64,000 nt of DNA from Candidatus Limnocylindrales bacterium. Its GTDB lineage: Bacteria; Chloroflexota; Limnocylindria; Limnocylindrales; CSP1-4. Shown piece after piece: positions 9,054-18,600 of this stretch. Each line of letters starts with the position of its first letter. Within the stretch, counting starts at the first letter, position 1. The DNA is taken from positions 12,158 to 76,157 of the forward strand of contig JBEKCH010000002.1 in NCBI GenBank assembly GCA_050014975.1, given 5' to 3'. Below the pieces are notes generated by a model, which was given only the letters and a program-made list of their open reading frames with translations, was not told where the DNA came from and made no database searches. The position numbers were made by a program, and so were the translations under genes.

Positions 9054-9824
9054 TCAGTGGACGGCGGTCCCCAGCAGCGACCCGATTCCGAACGTGACGG
9101 CCGCGGCCAGCCCGCCCAGGGCGGCCTGTCGGATGCCGGTCCAGAGGGCACGACGGTGCGTGAGGCGACTCACCGCCAGGCCGATGGCGAAGAGAGCGAT
9201 GCCTGAACCCGCGATGCTGAGGCCGAAACAGACTCCACCGCCGCCCAGGACCAGGAACGGCAGCAGCGGCACGAAAGCGCCCAGGGCGAAGGCGGACAGC
9301 GAGCCCATCCCGGCCGCCACTGGCGAGCCCATCGTCCCGGCCGAGAGGCCTATCTCCTCGCGTACGAAGGTGTCGATCGCTCGCTCCGGGTCCCTCATGA
9401 TCCGCTGGACGATCAGATCCGCCTCGGCCCACGAGAGCCCCTTGGCCTGGTAGATCTCGCGCAGGATGGCCCGCTCCTGCTCCGGCGTGTGGTGGAGCTG
9501 GTGGCGCTGGAGCTCGATCTGGTAGTCGAGCAGCTCGCGCTGCGAACGAACGGATACGTACTCGCCCACGGCCATGGAGAAGCCGCCCGCCAGCAGTCCG
9601 GCGACGCCGGCGATGACGATGGAATGGGGATCCTCGCCTGCCGCACCCGCGACGCCCATGATCAGCGAAAGGTTGCAGACCAGGCCGTCCGTCGCCCCGA
9701 AGACGATCGGCCGGACGACGCTCGCGCCGCGGGTCTCGTGCGGACTCGCCGGCGGCTCGAGGAAACGACGAACGCGGGTCCGGATCCTGGCGAGCCTGGC
9801 GGGGCTGTCCGTGGCGCGATACAT
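9054..9824 (-). CDS. VIT1/CCC1-family iron/manganese transporter
   Basis: It has the signature 'FGATDGLVCNLSLIMGVAG', a central helical ('EQERAILREIY') region and C-terminal TMs. Confidence 0.8.
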   Translation of the reverse strand: MYRATDSPARLARIRTRVRRFLEPPASPHETRGASVVRPIVFGATDGLVCNLSLIMGVAGAAGEDPHSIVIAGVAGLLAGGFSMAVGEYVSVRSQRELLDYQIELQRHQLHHTPEQERAILREIYQAKGLSWAEADLIVQRIMRDPERAIDTFVREEIGLSAGTMGSPVAAGMGSLSAFALGAFVPLLPFLVLGGGGVCFGLSIAGSGIALFAIGLAVSRLTHRRALWTGIRQAALGGLAAAVTFGIGSLLGTAVH

Positions 9825-9877
9825 CGGTCCTCTCTTGTAATGTGCTGGGCTGGCACACGGGATTGTCGCGCATTCGA

Positions 9878-11269
9878 TCAGGTCACGGAGTGAGTGGGCG
9901 GCATGCTACGGGCCGCGTCCGGGGAGTTGCCGCGGCGGTGGTCGCCGCTGCGCAGCTCGCCGCGCCGCGACAGGCGCAAGGCTATGGGCCGGGGCCACGG
10001 CCCGTCCGTGCCCGCCATCGGGTGCAGCGCGTCGGGCAGGCGCCGCGCGGCGACGACGGCGACCCAGCCGGAGAAGAAGAGCAGCCACATGTTCGAGCCG
10101 ATGGCTCCCGCGCCCAGTACGAGCCAGACGACCGCGCCGCTCTGGAACATCAGCACGGCCGGCAGCGCGAAGACGAAGCCGTGCGGCCAAAGCGATGGCG
10201 AGGCGAAGATCGAAGCCAGGCCCAGGGCCGCGAGACCCCGCCGGCCGGAGAAGAGCAGGGCCGCGGCCACGGCCACGACGGAGAGCGCCATGAACGCGGT
10301 TCCGGGCAGATCGCGCGCGTACGAGAAGCCGAACATGGAGACCACCGCCGGCTGCGACTCGGCCCGGTAGCCGAGCCCGGCGAACCACGCCGGCCAGGAG
10401 TCGAGGCCGACGAGCGGCAGGGTTACCAGCGCGATGGCGGCCAGCGCGACCAGCCCCACGACCAGCCCGCGCCAGCGCCTGGTTCGAACCAGCCACAGAG
10501 CCGGCAGCCCCGACTGGACCTTCAACAGTCCGTCCAGGACGAGGCCCGCGCCGGCTCGAAAGGCCAGCGCGAACAGCAGGAAGGTCAGGCTGGCGACGTT
10601 CCCGGATTCGAAACCGATCATCAGCGGCGGGAAGGCGAGCAGCAGCAGGCTCCAGATCGGTCGAAGGCCCAGCACTCGGAAGGATGCGTAGGCGCAGGCG
10701 ACCAGGAAGCCGACCCAGGCCACCGCCATGGGTGGGTTGGGCAGCCGCGACAGCAGCCCGAAGAAGGGCAGCAGCGGCGGCGGATAGAGGAAGAAATCCT
10801 GGCCCGGGCTGGCGGGCCAGGCCGAGACCGGACCGGTCATGTAGGGCTGGCCGCCCGCCAGCCAGCGCCCCGCCGCAGCCAGGTACACGTCGAAGTCGTA
10901 CAGGTGGTTGGTCTGCTGCCACAGCAACAGGTCGAAAAGCAGCCAGCCGATGACGACCCAGACCACCAGGGCGAAGCCCGGCCAGGACCGGCCGACCGGC
11001 GAGACGGCCGAGCGCAGGCGCAGGCTCGCGAGAACGGCCGCGCTCAGGACCACCCACAGGAGACCGAACGGCAGGCCGCCGATCGGGCGTCCCAGCTGCC
11101 CGGCGAACGCGGCCGCGACGATGGCAATCGCCGCGGGAATGGCGGCGTCGAACCGGCCTGCGCGCGCCCACCGCAGGCCGGCGATCTCGGCCACCCAGCC
11201 GCGAACGCCGTCTAGGAACGACCACAGGCCCTCAATCACCCGGCAATTCCAGGTAGCCCGCTCGAGCAC
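9878..11269 (-). CDS. polytopic membrane protein, GT87/DUF2029-like glycosyltransferase
   Basis: It has many TMs and a loop 'YLAAAGRWLAGGQPYMTGP...DFFLYPPPLLPFFGLL' typical of DUF2029 mannosyltransferase-like proteins. A GTG start lies at 11269, and the start is uncertain. Confidence 0.55.
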   Translation of the reverse strand: MLERATWNCRVIEGLWSFLDGVRGWVAEIAGLRWARAGRFDAAIPAAIAIVAAAFAGQLGRPIGGLPFGLLWVVLSAAVLASLRLRSAVSPVGRSWPGFALVVWVVIGWLLFDLLLWQQTNHLYDFDVYLAAAGRWLAGGQPYMTGPVSAWPASPGQDFFLYPPPLLPFFGLLSRLPNPPMAVAWVGFLVACAYASFRVLGLRPIWSLLLLAFPPLMIGFESGNVASLTFLLFALAFRAGAGLVLDGLLKVQSGLPALWLVRTRRWRGLVVGLVALAAIALVTLPLVGLDSWPAWFAGLGYRAESQPAVVSMFGFSYARDLPGTAFMALSVVAVAAALLFSGRRGLAALGLASIFASPSLWPHGFVFALPAVLMFQSGAVVWLVLGAGAIGSNMWLLFFSGWVAVVAARRLPDALHPMAGTDGPWPRPIALRLSRRGELRSGDHRRGNSPDAARSMPPTHSVT

Positions 11270-11324
11270 CGACGGATCTGCGTTCCAGGCGTTGGAGGTC
11301 GCCTCGTTGGCAGCGGGGCGTGAG

Positions 11325-11909
11325 TCAGGCCGGCTCGGCCGGTTCCCACCATTTGGTCGGGGAACGCAGCGGGTTGGCCCGGGCGATCAGCTCACGGAAG
11401 CCGGCCCGAGGTGGAGAGAAGATGTCCACGACGAGACATGCCGTACCCAGCGTTCGGCCTTCGTGGGGGACGTCCGGCGGGATGACATAGAGGTCGCCTT
11501 TGTGAAGCAGCCGTGTCTCGTCGCCGATGGTGAGCTCCATCTCGCCCTCCAGGACGAGGCCGAACTGCTCCTCGGGGTGGTTATGGCTCGGGAATCCCCG
11601 GTCGGGGCCGAAGGTGAGGAAGTTGAGGAGCAGGTTCTGCCCGAAGACCGGGCGGAACGAGACGCCCTCGGCCAGCTCGTACAGCGGCTGGGCGTCGAGC
11701 GGCCCCATCCAGGCGCCCATGCTGCCAGTCGCCTCGGGCCCCGCCGTGGACGGGGGGCTGGTCCGGAAATAGGGCTCCGACTTGTCGGTCACGCCGCACC
11801 GCCCGGCCGGATGGCCACCGCGGCGCGCGTGGCGCGGCACCACCCACGCTGGGTTCGAGCGATCATCGAACCACCTCGCTATCTCGACGGGTCGAGCCGG
11901 CTCCGGCAC
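11325..11909 (-). CDS. cupin domain protein
   Basis: It carries the cupin motifs 'FPSHNHPEEQFGLVLEGE' and 'GDLYVIPPDVPHEG'. The start is uncertain (GTG 11909, GTG 11792 or ATG 11720). The N-terminal extension keeps a coding-like third-position bias. Confidence 0.65.
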   Translation of the reverse strand: MPEPARPVEIARWFDDRSNPAWVVPRHARRGGHPAGRCGVTDKSEPYFRTSPPSTAGPEATGSMGAWMGPLDAQPLYELAEGVSFRPVFGQNLLLNFLTFGPDRGFPSHNHPEEQFGLVLEGEMELTIGDETRLLHKGDLYVIPPDVPHEGRTLGTACLVVDIFSPPRAGFRELIARANPLRSPTKWWEPAEPA

Positions 11910-12281
11910 GACGCCGGTAATCTACCTTTGCTACACGCTTCGCGTGCGACCGGGTCGCCAGGGGCGTCAGCGGGCCACGTCTCGACGGCGCATCCCCCAC
12001 CTGCCCACAGCCAGCCCGGCGGCAGCCAGGACGAGGCAGGCGGCCACTCCGGCGGCGTCCCAGTTCCCGACCATCGGCTGGCCCATGTGCGCGGTGAGGG
12101 CGAGCTGGTGCACCCAATCCGGCAGCTTGAGCGCCGGGAGATCAGGTCGATCAGTACGTCGCGACAACGACAAGGGCGACGCAGCTCCGTCCCGGGATTC
12201 GAGCGCGTCGCGGGATCGTCGCCGCCCGACCATCCGGCAGGGCGCCTCGTGCTTGCACTGCGTGCCTCGCAGGATGTCTTT

Positions 12282-12794
12282 ATGATGCTCCCGTCTATCG
12301 GACTATCCCAGAGTTGGGAGTGCTGCGACGTGGTTCTGGACCCGACGGAGCGCCGAGTGCTGCGAGCGTACCTGCGGGCGGTGGCGCTGGCCGAACCTCT
12401 CCAGCGCGAGCTAGCGGCTCGACACGGCATCTCGCTGGCCGACTGGCACGCCGTCCGCGTTCTGGCGCGCCGGGGCGAGATCCCGATCAGCAGCTACGGC
12501 GAGGAGCTCGGCGTCCCGCGCTCCACGATCACCAACCTGGTCGATCGTCTCGAGCGAGCGGGATTGGTCGAGCGCCTGCCCGGCCCGACCGACCGCCGGG
12601 TGACGCTGGTGCGGCTGGCGCCTGCCGGCCGCCGGGTGGTCGAGGAGACCGACCTGTTACGCGACAGCCCGGTCGCTGTCCGGCTGCTCACGCTCGAGCC
12701 GGCCGCGCAGGCCGCCCTCGCGGAGCTTCTCGAAAGGGTCCTTGCTGAACCGTTCGAGCCCGTTTCAGCCGGTAACGGCGAGGCTGCCCGATGA
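12282..12794 (+). CDS. MarR-family transcriptional regulator
   Basis: It has the winged-helix region 'ISSYGEELGVPRSTITNLVDRLERAGLVERLPGPTDRRV'. The stop overlaps the start of the downstream MFS gene (ATGA at 12791). Confidence 0.8.
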   Translation: MMLPSIGLSQSWECCDVVLDPTERRVLRAYLRAVALAEPLQRELAARHGISLADWHAVRVLARRGEIPISSYGEELGVPRSTITNLVDRLERAGLVERLPGPTDRRVTLVRLAPAGRRVVEETDLLRDSPVAVRLLTLEPAAQAALAELLERVLAEPFEPVSAGNGEAAR

Positions 12795-14647
12795 CGCCAA
12801 CCCAGCCTCCCCGCCGCCTGGCCCACATCGACTACCGCTGGATCGCGCTCTCCAACACCACGCTCGGCGTTCTCATGGCCGGGTTGAACGGCAGCGTGGT
12901 GATGATCGCGCTGCCGGCCATCTTCCGCGGCATCGGAGTCGATCCTCTCGGCCCGGGCGAGTCGGATTACCTGCTCTGGACGCTCATGGGTTACACGCTG
13001 GTGACCGCGACGATCCTCGTCAGTGCGGGCCGGATCTCGGACATGTACGGCCGTGTCCGCCTCTACAACGCCGGGTTCGCGATCTTCACGGCCGGGTCGG
13101 TTCTGTGCTTCTTCGTCCAGGGCCAGGGGAACGGGGCGGCGCTCGAGCTCATCGTCTTCCGGCTCGTCCAGGCGGCTGGCGGCGCGTTCCTCTTCGCGAA
13201 CTCGGCGGCGATCCTCACCGACGCCTTCCCGCCAGATCAACGCGGCCTGGCGATGGGCATCAACCAGATCGGGATGCTCGCCGGCACCTTTTTCGGTTTG
13301 CTGCTCGGCGGCGTCCTCGCCGCCATCGACTGGCGGGCGATCTTCCTCGTCAGCGTCCCGTTCGGCCTCTTCGGCACGGTCTGGGCGTACCTGATGCTGC
13401 ACGAGACGGCGACGATCCGGAAGCATCAGCGCCTCGACATTCCGGGCAACATTCTCTTCGCCGTCGGGCTCACGCTCGTGCTCATCGGCTTCACCTACGC
13501 CATCCAGCCCTACGGGCAATCGAGCATGGGCTGGGGCAACCCGTGGGTGATCGGGGAGCTCGCCAGTGGGGTCGCCCTCCTGGGGGTCTTCGTCTTCGTC
13601 GAGGGGCGCGTGGCCGATCCCATGTTCCGTCTCGAGCTGTTCCGGATCCGCATGTTCGCGGCCGGCAACATCGCCGGCTTCCTCTCGTCCCTGGCCCGAG
13701 GCGGTCTCCAGTTGATCCTGATCGTCTGGCTGCAGGGGATCTGGCTGCCGCTCCATGGCTACGCCTTCGAGGACGCGCCGCTGTGGGCCGGCATCTACAT
13801 GCTGCCCATGACGCTGGGCTTCTTCGTCGCCGGACCGTTGAGCGGCATGCTGTCCGATCGATACGGCGCTCGCTACTTCTCGACCGGCGGCATGCTGATA
13901 TCGGCGGCTGCCTTCGTGGGTTTCCTTGCGCTCCCGGCCGACTTCGAGTACGCCCCCTTCGCGCTGCTCATGCTCATGCTGGGGATAGGCCAGGGCGCCT
14001 TCGCCTCGCCCAACACGGCGTCGATCATGAACGCCGTCCCGCCCGAGCACCGCGGCGCGTCCTCGGGCATGCGGGCGACGTTCCAGAATGTCGCCTCGAG
14101 CCTGAGCATGACGCTCATCTTCACCCTCGTCATCGCCGGCCTGTCGTCGAGCCTGCCGCGGGCAATGTACGGACACCTCACCGCCGCCGGGATCCCAACA
14201 CCGCTGGCGACGCAGCTATCTGGCATCCCGCCCATGAGCGCCCTCTTCGCGGCGTTCCTGGGCTACAACCCGATGGCGACCCTCATTCCGGGATCGGTAC
14301 TCGCCGGGCTACCGAGCGCCACCCGCTCGACGATCCTTGGAACCTCGTTCTTCCCGCAGCTGCTGTCCGGGCCATTCCACGATGGGCTGCAGATCGTGTT
14401 CTCGGTCTGCGTCGTCCTGTCGCTCGGCGCCGCCGCGGCGTCGTGGCTGCGGGGCCGACGCTACATCCACGATTACGAGGTGGGTCAAGCGGAGCCAGAA
14501 GCGCCGCTTCGCGCCGCGACGGCCGCGTCCTCCCCGTCGGCGTCCCTACTGCCGGCGTCCCTACTGCCGGCGTCGCCACTGCCGGTGTCCTCCCTGCCGG
14601 CGTCCCAACCGCAGTCCGCGGCCGACCCGCCGGCAAGTTCGGCCTGA
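12791..14647 (+). CDS. MFS transporter, DHA2 (EmrB/QacA-like, 14-TM) drug:H+ antiporter family
   Basis: The protein is 618 aa with 'VVMIALPAIFRGI' and 'GRISDMYGRVRLY' motifs. It is coupled to marR and has a P/S/L-rich repetitive tail. Confidence 0.85.
   Translation: MTPTQPPRRLAHIDYRWIALSNTTLGVLMAGLNGSVVMIALPAIFRGIGVDPLGPGESDYLLWTLMGYTLVTATILVSAGRISDMYGRVRLYNAGFAIFTAGSVLCFFVQGQGNGAALELIVFRLVQAAGGAFLFANSAAILTDAFPPDQRGLAMGINQIGMLAGTFFGLLLGGVLAAIDWRAIFLVSVPFGLFGTVWAYLMLHETATIRKHQRLDIPGNILFAVGLTLVLIGFTYAIQPYGQSSMGWGNPWVIGELASGVALLGVFVFVEGRVADPMFRLELFRIRMFAAGNIAGFLSSLARGGLQLILIVWLQGIWLPLHGYAFEDAPLWAGIYMLPMTLGFFVAGPLSGMLSDRYGARYFSTGGMLISAAAFVGFLALPADFEYAPFALLMLMLGIGQGAFASPNTASIMNAVPPEHRGASSGMRATFQNVASSLSMTLIFTLVIAGLSSSLPRAMYGHLTAAGIPTPLATQLSGIPPMSALFAAFLGYNPMATLIPGSVLAGLPSATRSTILGTSFFPQLLSGPFHDGLQIVFSVCVVLSLGAAAASWLRGRRYIHDYEVGQAEPEAPLRAATAASSPSASLLPASLLPASPLPVSSLPASQPQSAADPPASSA
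14540..14614. repeat. 15-bp tandem repeat (5 copies, degenerating) encoding the (A/V)S(L/P)LP tail of the MFS transporter
   Basis: The units read gcgtccctactgccg x2, then gcgtcgccactgccg, gtgtcctccctgccg and gcgtcccaaccgcag. They are in frame with the CDS. Confidence 0.8.
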
Positions 14648-14656
14648 GCCGGGTCG

Positions 14657-15535
14657 ATGGCAGAGCCGAGCTCGGCGCCACGGCCGCCGGGTCGCGACAC
14701 CATCCCGCTGGTCCACGACGGTCTGGATCGCCCGTATCTCCTTCGAGCACCGCCCGGCCCGGCCGTGGATCCAATGCCACTCGTGGTGCAGATCCACGGT
14801 CGCGGCATCGACCCGGTGCAGTTCGATCGGCTGACCGGGTTCGGCTCCCTGGCCCACGAGGCGGGCTTCGCGCTGGCGTTGCGGAGCGCGGTCGGTGAGA
14901 TCTGGAACGACGGCCGCAACCCCTCGGCGGCGCGGAGCCGGCCGAACGACGTCGGCTATCTGGCGGCCATCATCGACGACATCGAGGCTCGGCTGCCGAT
15001 CGACACCCGGCGTGTCTACGTCGTCGGGATGTCGAACGGCGCCACGATGGCTGGCCGGGTCGCCTGCGAGCTGGCCGAACGCATCGCCGCAGTCGCGCAG
15101 GTGGCCGGCACCGCCGCGGCCGGTGTCGCGGCCGGATGTCGCCCGGCTCGCCCGGTGCCGATACTAAGCATTCACGGCACTGCCGACGATTACGCGCCGT
15201 ACGCGGGCGGAGTCCGTCACAGTCTGCGCAGCCGCGTGGTGCTCAGGCATGCCAGTGGGCCCTGCGTGGGTATCGACGACTGGGCCCGATTCTGGGTCGC
15301 GGCCAACGGCGCACGCGGCGACCTGGCCGTCAGCGCGCTCCCGCCCGATACGACGATCCGGACCTGGCATGGCCCCACGCCGTCTAGCGACGTGGTGTTC
15401 TATCGCGTCGAGGGCGGCGGCCACACCTGGCCCGGCAGCCGCTTCCCCCTGCCGGCCCTGCTGTTCGGGCGAACGTGCCGCACCTTCGACGCGACGAAGG
15501 TGAGCTGGGACTTCCTCGCGGCGCACGTCCGGTAG
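14657..15535 (+). CDS. alpha/beta hydrolase, PHB-depolymerase/LpqC-like esterase family
   Basis: It has 'PLVVQIHGRG', 'NDVGYLAAIIDDI' and a nucleophile elbow 'VVGMSNGATMA'. No obvious signal peptide is present. Confidence 0.65.
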   Translation: MAEPSSAPRPPGRDTIPLVHDGLDRPYLLRAPPGPAVDPMPLVVQIHGRGIDPVQFDRLTGFGSLAHEAGFALALRSAVGEIWNDGRNPSAARSRPNDVGYLAAIIDDIEARLPIDTRRVYVVGMSNGATMAGRVACELAERIAAVAQVAGTAAAGVAAGCRPARPVPILSIHGTADDYAPYAGGVRHSLRSRVVLRHASGPCVGIDDWARFWVAANGARGDLAVSALPPDTTIRTWHGPTPSSDVVFYRVEGGGHTWPGSRFPLPALLFGRTCRTFDATKVSWDFLAAHVR

Positions 15536-15631
15536 CCGACGGTCCAATCCGGCCGCGGTGGGGCACGCGCCCGGATGAGGTCAACAGAACGCATGGTCTA
15601 ATAGCCTGCGGCCGCCTATACTGGGCCCCTG

Positions 15632-18600
15632 GTGGCTGCCTCGACCGAGCCGCGCCCCGGGCGCGGCGATTCTCTCGACCTGTTCAGCCCCGCGGTCGCC
15701 GAGTGGTTTCGCTCGGCCTTCGCGGCGCCCACGCCCGCCCAGGCCCGGGGCTGGGCGAGCATCGCGGCCGGGCGCCACACCCTGATCCACGCCCCGACCG
15801 GCAGCGGCAAGACCCTGGCCGCGTTTCTCTGGACCCTCGATCGGCTCGCCCGGGAGCCGCGGCCGCGAACGGCCGGCGCCGTCGGATCCGTGCGCGTCCT
15901 CTACGTCTCGCCGCTCAAGGCCCTGATCTACGACGTCGAGCGCAACCTGCGGGCCCCGCTGGCCGGCATCCGGCTGGCGGCCGAACGGCTGGGCGAGCCG
16001 GTGCCCCGGATCGAGGTCGGCGTGAGGACCGGCGACACGCCGGCCGAGGAACGGCGCCACCTCGTTCGCAACCCCCCGGACATCCTCATCACCACGCCGG
16101 AGTCGCTGTACCTGATCCTCACCAGCCAGGCGGCCGAGATCCTGCGAGGCGTGGAGCATGTCATCGTCGATGAGATCCACGCTCTGGCGGGAACCAAGCG
16201 CGGCGCACACCTCGCGCTGAGCCTGGAGAGGCTGGAGAAGCTGACCGCGCGGCCGCCGCAGCGGATCGGCCTGTCGGCGACGCAGCGACCGGTGGAGACG
16301 ACCGCCCGCTTCCTCGGCGGCGTCGGACCCGGCAAGGCGGGCGAGTCGCGCGAGGTCGCCATCGTCGATGCCGGCTCGCGCAAGGCTCTGGAGCTGAGCG
16401 TCCGCGTTTCGGTCGAGGACATGAGCAAGCCCGGCGAGCTGCTGCCGGCCGACGGACCACCCGGCGGGCCGGTCGCCGGGCCGGAGGCGCGCAGCAGCAT
16501 CTGGCCGGCGATCCACCCGCGGATCCTGGAGCTGATCCGCGAGCACCACTCCACGATCATCTTCTGCAACTCTCGCCGGCTCGCCGAACGGCTGGCCAAC
16601 AAGCTCAACGAGCTGGCCGGCGAGGAGCTGGTGCGGGCCCACCACGGCTCGCTGGCGCGCGAACAGCGCGTCCAGATAGAGGAGGCGCTCAAGGCCGGAC
16701 GGCTGCCGGCGATCGTCGCCACGAGCTCGCTCGAGCTCGGCATCGACATGGGCGCTGTCGACCTCGTCATCCAGGTGGAGAGCCCCGCCAGCGTGGCCAG
16801 CGGTCTGCAGCGTGTCGGCCGGTCGGGGCACCAGGTCGGCCAGCCGAGCCGCGGCGTCATCTTCCCCAAGCACCGCGGCGATCTCCTGGAGTGCGCGGTC
16901 GTGACGGCGCGAATGCACGAAGGCGCGATCGAAGAGACGAAGCTGCCGCGCAACCCGCTCGACGTGCTGGCCCAGCAGCTGGTCGCGATGACGGTCCGCG
17001 AGCCGTGGACCGCGGACGAGCTGTTCGAGACGGTGCGTCGGGCGGCGCCGTACGAGAGCCTCGGCCGCGACGCCTTCGAGACGGTCCTGGGGATGCTGGC
17101 CGGCGCCTATCCGTCCGACGAGTTCGCGCAGCTGAAGGCGAGGCTCGTGTGGGACCGGGCCACGGGACGGGTCGAGGGGCGGCGTGACGCGCGCACGGTG
17201 GCGATCACCAGCGGTGGCACGATCCCGGACCGGGGGCTCTATCCGGTCTTCATGGTCGGCGAGGCGGGCACTCCCGGTCGCCGGGTCGGCGAGCTGGACG
17301 AGGAGATGGTGTACGAGAGCCGGGTCGGCGAGCTGATCGCGCTCGGGGCCACGAGCTGGCGGGTGGAGGAGATCGAGCCCGATCGGGTGGTCGTGTCGCC
17401 AGCGCCGGGCGTGCCCGGCAAGATCCCCTTCTGGCACGGCGACGGCCTGGGCCGGCCGATCGAACTCGGGCGGGCGATGGGTGAGTTCGTGCGCCAGCTC
17501 GAAAGCGACCTGGCGGGCGGCCAGCGCGGGCGGGAGCGAGCCCGGCGGCGGCTCCTCGAGCACCACGACCTGGACGAGCTGGCGGCGGAGAACGTGCTGG
17601 GCTACCTCGCCGAGGAGCAGGAGGTCGCGGGCTGGCTGCCCACGGATCGGCGAATCGTCGTGGAGCGGTTCCGGGACGAGCTGGGCGACTGGCGAGTGGT
17701 CGTGCTGACGCCCTTCGGCGGGCGAGTGCACGCGCCCTGGGCGCTGGCGATCGAAGCGCGGCTCGAAGAGCGCCTTGGCCAGGGCGCCCAGACGATCTGG
17801 TCGGACGACGGCATCGCCATCCGCCTGCCGGAGGGCGATGCCGCGGGGGGCGGGTGGGGCCTCGGCAAGGATGCGGCGGTTGCTCGCGAAGGCTCGATCC
17901 AGGACCTGCTGTTTCCATCGGCCGAGGAGGTCGAGGACCTGGTCGTGGGCCGGCTGGGGAGCTCCGCGATGTTCGCGGCGCGTTTCCGCGAGAACGCGGC
18001 CCGGGCGCTGTTGCTGCCGCGGCGCCGGCCGGGCTCGCGGACTCCTCTCTGGCAGCAGCGGCAGCGTTCGGCGGGATTGCTCGCCGTCGCGAGCCGGTAC
18101 GGCTCGTTCCCGATCATCGTCGAGACGTACCGCGAGTGCCTGGCCGACCTGTTCGACCTTCCGGCGCTGAGGGAAGTCCTGGGTGGAGTGGCGCGGCGCG
18201 AGATCGAGGTTCGCGACGTGGAGACGGTCGCGGCCTCGCCCTTCGCCGGATCGCTGCTGTTCGACTACCTGGCGGCGTACATGTACGAGGGCGACGCCCC
18301 GCTGGCGGAGCGGCGCGCCGGGGCCCTGGCCCTGGACCGCGAGCTGCTGCGCGAGCTGCTCGGCCAGGAGGAGTTGCGCGACCTGATCGACCCGGCGGCG
18401 CTGGCGGACCTGGAGCTGGCGCTCCAGGCGCTCGTCCCCGAGCGGGCGGCCCGTTCCGCGGACGCGCTGCACGACCTCTTGAGGCGCCTGGGCGACATGT
18501 CCGAGGAGGAGGTTGCGGCGCGGATCGCGGAGCCTGCCGCCATCGCTGCCTGGCTGGCGGCGCTGGAGGGCTCGCGGCGCGCCATCGCCCTGCGCATCGC

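Noticed and set aside
11852-11872. GGTTCGA-N7-TCGAACC, reminiscent of a tRNA T-arm (GGTTCGA...).
   Set aside because: No acceptor, D or anticodon arms can be drawn around it. The stem is 7 bp rather than 5. It lies inside the possible N-terminal extension of the cupin ORF. I found no tRNA gene anywhere in the window by eye.
10908-12281. The 628-aa track ORF extending the MarR gene far upstream. Likewise, 33006-33284 extends the NCS2 gene, 25574-26416 precedes the 201-aa ORF, and 41412-41840 precedes the Ig/TolB gene.
   Set aside because: The upstream parts run antisense to, or overlap, well-supported genes. They are low-complexity and lack family similarity. Internal starts with a Shine-Dalgarno sequence or a sensible protein N-terminus exist.
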